Shown here piece by piece: positions 58,789-64,000 of a DNA stretch of 64,000 nt. The DNA comes from Raillietiella orientalis. Its lineage: Eukaryota. Positions within the stretch are counted from its first letter, which is position 1. Each line of letters opens with the position of its first letter. The position numbers and the translations under genes are program-made. The DNA is taken from the NCBI GenBank assembly GCA_036172245.1, contig JAYWIR010000023.1, forward strand, positions 3,038,001-3,102,000. The letters are read 5' to 3'. A model generated the notes under the pieces. That model saw nothing but the letters and a program-made list of their open reading frames with translations, did not search any database and was not told where the DNA came from.

Positions 58789-61779
58789 ATGTAGAAGATA
58801 TGAATTATTTTGATTAAGACATGCAATGAAGATGAATAATTGCCTGAAAGTTCATAAAACACAGATAAAATAAAACCTTTCATCAGAACTGTGCATTAAA
58901 TCTAGAGACTGTCTTCCGCAATCATCAAGAACTCTCTTTCGTGAGTATAGATCGCAATGAACTGTGAATTCTGAATTTTAAATAAAAATAAAAAATCACA
59001 TCTGTTTGGATAATTAAGGTGCTGTTGAAATTTATAAGTTACAACAGATGCATTTGTTTCTGTGTACTATTCCGAAATCTTTCTGTGCTACAAAATTGAA
59101 GTCGTACAAGAGCCAACTTTTGCACAAGCAAAAGTTTGCTCTGGAAACTTATTCGGTTTATGACTTTATAAAAGCTGCTGCTTTCTCTCAGCGTTTGGAT
59201 GATACGTGATGTTCCGAGATCGCATCACAAAAAACTTGCAGTAACAGTGCCTTAATAATAATAAGATTCACAAACTACTTCTGCATCGTTAGTGATGGCA
59301 TCAGTGAGCATTTAATCACTAGTAATCAAAAAAACAAATGATTCTGCGATCTCTAAATACGAAAGATTTAACCATTCAGCAATATTTATTTAGATTCAAA
59401 AACTCTTGTTATTCTGGGAAAGTAACTGATCTTTAATTTAAAGTAGATTGCATCCTATGAGTTATTTTTACATGAGGTCTTGTACCATTTCTGAAGTTAT
59501 TGCGACTACAATTATCATTTCTTTGCCAGAGTAGTTGGAAGCTATTCAAATTAATGAAGTAGATCAAATGAAGAGGTTCCTTATCCTATTATATGTTCAA
59601 TCTTTATGCAGGAATCCATCAACTGGATAGCTATAACACGAAAAACTCCTTGAGCACTTACTTTTTAATAAGGTGATAATCAGGAAAGTACTTCCAACGT
59701 TTAAATTACTCGTTCCCACTAAGGCAGAAGTTTTCTTATAACCGCCAGGGCTGTATTCACAAATCTCCTCATTAGTAAAACGTTTGCAACAGGCATAACT
59801 TTTTTAACCAATGGATCCTCCCGTTTTTATGAACTCAATGCACATGGTTTTCAGGATTCAAGATTGTATAACGTTAGATTTTTGGGTTAGACAAACGTAT
59901 CTAACGCCAAAGTTGCTTTTTATAAAGAAACTGAAGTTTGCCACTAGGAATGGTAAAGTACAATTTCAGAACCAGAAAATGCATAAATAAATAAATACAG
60001 TTTTATTTTAATTTTGCACCATATACGTTTCCTTAGATCAGAAACCTTTTCTAATTAATGATAAATAGAGGCAAACGTTTGCAAGAAAGAATCGGCACAA
60101 ACTGGGTTAGCTGCTTAATTAGTGAAAGAAGAGTGGTAAATCACACTTGGAAAATTTTCCACTGTGATGGTTTCTGTAGACAATTTTTCGCTTTGTATTT
60201 TGTAATACCTGTTAATGTAGGTAGTTTGGAAATCTCTCAGGATGTTTTAAAACGACGTGGCAGCAAAATGATCTTACGATTTCTTATATTATCAATGTTT
60301 GAGTTCGAATATTGAGTGTTCATAAAGTTATCTTCAATACAATGAGAGTTCGAATTCGTGGCTATTTTTTCCCCTAGCTTTGAGTTTCAGGCTCTTTTTT
60401 TCAGGATTTAAGATTCTCTATTTCAAATTCATAGTTTGGAAAACTAGCCGCTCCATGTGTTAAATAGATAATATATTGAATACTATTTGATACTCTTTAC
60501 AGAAGAATATATCTTTGTTCGTTAGAGCCGCATACACGAGGTTGGTGTTTTTGTCACAATCATGCCGTCTACACCATCCTTCAACGAAATATCTAATGCA
60601 TCAATACACAGATTTACAGCTTTTAGTTGGTAATACTATAATTGATATTTATCATTCATTTTAGAAAGTACTATAGTCCATTTCTTTTGCAGTTTCAATA
60701 TGGTTTCCCTTCGTGGTACAGCTACTCAATCTGATTGAAGCTTCTGAGACTTCTAAAGTGGCATCTGGTGCAAAATTTGCAATTCGAGCACATATTTTTG
60801 AGATTGTGAAAAAATCCTCTAATTAGTTCTGCAGGTCCAATTCGTTTGTAAGAAAGAATGGGTAGAATTCAGAGTTACAGATTCAGGGTTTAGGGAGTTT
60901 CAGATTTTTGGATTTTACCTTTCTCTTGTAAGTAAAATATTCAACTGTATGTCAGATTTTCAAATCAGAAATGAGGCTTGCTGACTATTCTTTTTATTGC
61001 CCTCAGTGTAATGTTACTGTCACTTTTTTGTGGGAGACTTTATATGCTGTACTGTAATATTATTTCTGAACATTGATCACATCTTACGTCTTAATACAAT
61101 TTCATCACGAAATTGGTGCAACTGTCTTTAAATCAATCACATATATTTGTATATAATTGTAGTATGTATAATTTAGAATTTTATCATAAGTCAGTAATAC
61201 TACCAACAGTTGATGCATGGATCCATGAAATCTCAGGATCGGATGCTCTTTACCTGTTATCATTAAATCTCCTTTTCAACGCGACAAATTTTCATCGGTC
61301 TCACATTCTCCTTTTCGCAAACGGAAATTCAGTAAACGAATGTTTAAATTTTATTAATCTTCTAGAGCAGTTCTATTTAAATTCGAGTCCAATTTTGAGA
61401 ACGTATTCAGCGTAAGGTTTCCTATTTGAAGCTTCCTTTTTGATCTGTTTATGAAGTGTGAATTTTTGAAAGATTTGTTTGACTGAAAGTCTTGATTTGA
61501 AAAAATAAATAAATAAACGAAGTGCAGCGAGGAACATGCTATAATGATTTTCGAAAATATATCCAGTATTGCTAGATTGAAAAAGGCAAAAGGAAAAGCA
61601 AATGATGTTTTATGCATGGAGTCTTATGTTCATCACAACATCATGACGTACTCTTCCTGGTAAATTTATCCAGAGGAATCGTTTATCCCCAAATGATTCC
61701 ACATTCCAGTTTCACATAACTTTGGTTACAGGCAGTGATTTATTTTTTTTTATTGCCATTTGAGAATTTACTTTTAAAT

Positions 61780-62080
61780 TCCACCATTTCGCCTTAGAGT
61801 CCTTTTGCATTCTTGGATGCCGAACTGTCACGCTTTTAGTACGTGGTGTACATACTTTTAAATGTGGTTATGAATAAGAAGGAATATCAATCAGAGTTTC
61901 TTGTACCCTATAGGAATCCTGTACCCTTTTTTCTTTCGGAGTCAACACTATGGTAGCCTATGATTTAGAGTATTCTAGAGTTGTGAACGTTTGAAGTGTG
62001 GAATCCGTGCGTTGCGATTTTATTTTGTGCTTCCGGTATAATTGCATTCTTTAAGTTTCGTTGTGTTGGCAGGTAAAGTT
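61780..62080. promoter_or_regulatory. Probable (possibly bidirectional) promoter region between RNF10 and PGGT1B
   Basis: The two genes are divergent. CpGs reappear locally, there is an ETS-like CTTCCGG at ~62030, and a donor CAG|gtaaag at 62073 suggests a non-coding first exon of PGGT1B. This is inference. Confidence 0.4.
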
Positions 62081-62307
62081 CAAATAAATTGTTGTGATGT
62101 AAGATGCCCGTATTTCAATATTGTATAGCTGTCACGAATTGCAAGTTTCATTTTTCAGCGTCTGAGGAATTGCATAGTAATTGAGCATTATGCATATGCC
62201 TTCAACTTTGATACCAAGTAGCATCATGTATTCACAATTAAGGAGTGAATAATTATTGTGATATTTGAATTAAAGGAATAAATGCTTTTGAGTTGATTTT
62301 TGTTCGA

Positions 62308-63746
62308 ATGCTTATGAATGAGCTGAACGCAAATCCGCATTTGCAAGCAGGCAATCCTGAGGCATTTTTGAAAAGCAAGCATTTAGAATATTTGGAATGT
62401 ATAGTGAAGGAGACGATCTCTTATCAGGGCGCATCTTTTGATTGTAATAGGTATGGTGTTCATTGTTTGACTTATTTTTTCAAAGAACGCTTTTCAGAGT
62501 ATTTCTTCTTTTTCTTACACTATCAGGACTTGATTTGTTAGATGGCTTGACCTTAGTAGGAGAAAATGACCGTATTCGTCAGTGGCTGTATTCCCTTTTG
62601 ATTCATCCTAATGCAAATCGTGAGTTGAGACATTAAATTTCAGTTATAATTAAGTGTAGGAACCAATTTGAAGTATTGTGGATTCCGTGGTTCTCCAACA
62701 GTAAAATTGGATGGAGAAAATCCTTTTGATTGCCCTCATGTGACCATGACATATGCTGCTTTAGCTTGCTTGCTGATTCTAGGAGATGATTTAGCTGAAG
62801 TTGATCGTGCAGCTGTTGCTGAAAGTGTGAAGGCTTTACAACAAACAGATGGAAGGTATTCTTATAACTTGCCATTCATTTTAATAAAAGTCTTTTCAAG
62901 TGTGGCAGCTTCCATGATGGAAGGTACACAGGATATGCGTTTTGTGTATTCAGCAGCCTGTGTATGTTATGTTTTGCAGACATGGGAGGGTTTTGACAGA
63001 AGTGCAGCACAGCAGTATATCCGGTGTAGCATGGTAGGTAGTGTCCTGCAATGTGCTTTAATGTGTTAATCTTATATGACAGAATTATGATGGTGGTATT
63101 GGTAGTCAGCCTGGTGCAGAATCCCATGCTGGTATGCTCTTTTGTGCCCTAGCTGCCCTTTCTCTCATGGGTTTGCTAGAGGAAACATTTACTAGTGGTG
63201 AGGTGTGCATTGTTCTTTCTTACTAGCAAAGGAACTTTCAGTTTCCAGAGACAAGCTTTGCAACACTGGTGTCTAAGGAGACAGGGACAAGGTTTTCATG
63301 GTCGACCTAATAAAGAGGATGATGCTTGTTATGTGTTTTGGGTGTCAGCATCTTTACAGGTATAGCTGCAATTGTTGGGAAATTTTTGATCGCATTTTTT
63401 TATAGTTGCTCAATGCACTGGAGTTTTGTGACAAACAGGCCGCCAGAAACTTTATATTTGCAAGCCAGGATCCTACAGGAGGATTGGGGAAGCAACCAGG
63501 AATGGAAGCTGATCTTCTGCATACATATCTTTGTAAGAGCATTTCATTTGGGTGATTGATGGCTGGTATAAATGTTAATGTTGTGAGCATTACTAAGACC
63601 AGTAAATGTTAATGGACATGTTAGCCATTTCAGGCTTATCTTTATTGGGTGAAGACCAAGTGAATATGTTGCATCCTTCCTTAATATTGAGTTGGCGTGC
63701 AGTAAATCATCTTCATTCTTTACATGCTTCTTGGAAGACAAAGTAA
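62308..63746 (+). CDS. PGGT1B: Geranylgeranyl transferase type-1 subunit beta, ~357 aa, 8 exons
   Basis: Exons 62308-62450, 62498-62619, 62660-62855, 62901-63033, 63083-63202, 63249-63359, 63406-63532 and 63625-63746 total 1074 nt in frame. Motifs: LSGLDLL, CGFRGS, HVTMTYAALACLLILGDDL, DMRFVY, NYDGG..ESHAG, GFHGRPNKEDDACY (Zn Asp/Cys), DLLHTY (Zn His), ending ASWKTK*. The start could be ATG 62308 or 62314. Confidence 0.94.
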
Positions 63747-63954
63747 TAATATCTTGGATGCCAGGAATTTTGCAATGGTTTTCATTTGCTAATTTTGTTG
63801 GATATGTGCATTACAACCATACTCATGTACTGAGATTTTCTTGTACAAAACTGGGATTGAACACTAGTACTTTTTGTATGCCCACACACATCAAAGCAGC
63901 ATTAAGAAATTGTATAATATTTTTGTAATGTAAATGCAATTTGTTATGTGTTTC

Positions 63955-63960
63955 AATAAA
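63955..63960 (+). terminator. Candidate polyadenylation signal for PGGT1B
   Basis: AATAAA ~210 nt after the stop codon, followed by GT/T-rich sequence. Confidence 0.5.
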
Positions 63961-64000
63961 TCCGTGACCATGGTACCAGTTGTGTTTGTCACTTGTTTTT

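Noticed and set aside
45375..63746. Functional link between the atypical cyclase and neighbouring GGTase-I beta (nematode atypical sGCs carry CAAX boxes)
   Set aside because: The predicted cyclase ends in NRVT with no CAAX. A possible donor at 45429 has no identifiable downstream exon. Adjacency alone is not evidence.

Overview
This is eukaryotic, intron-containing DNA, probably arthropod given the Gyc-89-type cyclase; the organism cannot be named from the sequence. Three spliced genes can be reconstructed by hand with in-phase GT-AG junctions. (1) An atypical soluble guanylyl cyclase of the Gyc-89Da/Db type (+, 14035-45437, 11 exons, ~602 aa; H-NOX, PAS/HNOBA, coiled coil, cyclase). (2) RNF10 (-, at least 52645-54749, 9 exons mapped, start exon unresolved). 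(3) Geranylgeranyltransferase type I beta, PGGT1B (+, 62308-63746, 8 exons, ~357 aa). The rest is intron and intergenic DNA rich in decayed mobile elements: several copies of one L1/Tx1-like LINE family, two related LTR-like segments (one with a tRNA-Lys-like PBS), a hAT Buster/Charlie element with a nested LINE, and a tRNA-type SINE. The most notable observations are the cyclase's double Asp-to-Glu change with a retained distal Tyr, a miRNA-like intronic hairpin, a 172-bp inverted repeat, inverted repeats bracketing one in-frame cyclase exon, an in-frame upstream ORF separated from the cyclase by one TAG, and a sharp GC/CpG and intron-size contrast between neighbouring genes. I found no clear evidence of a wholly new biological system. 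Most ORFs in the supplied track look like chance ORFs in GC-rich introns.
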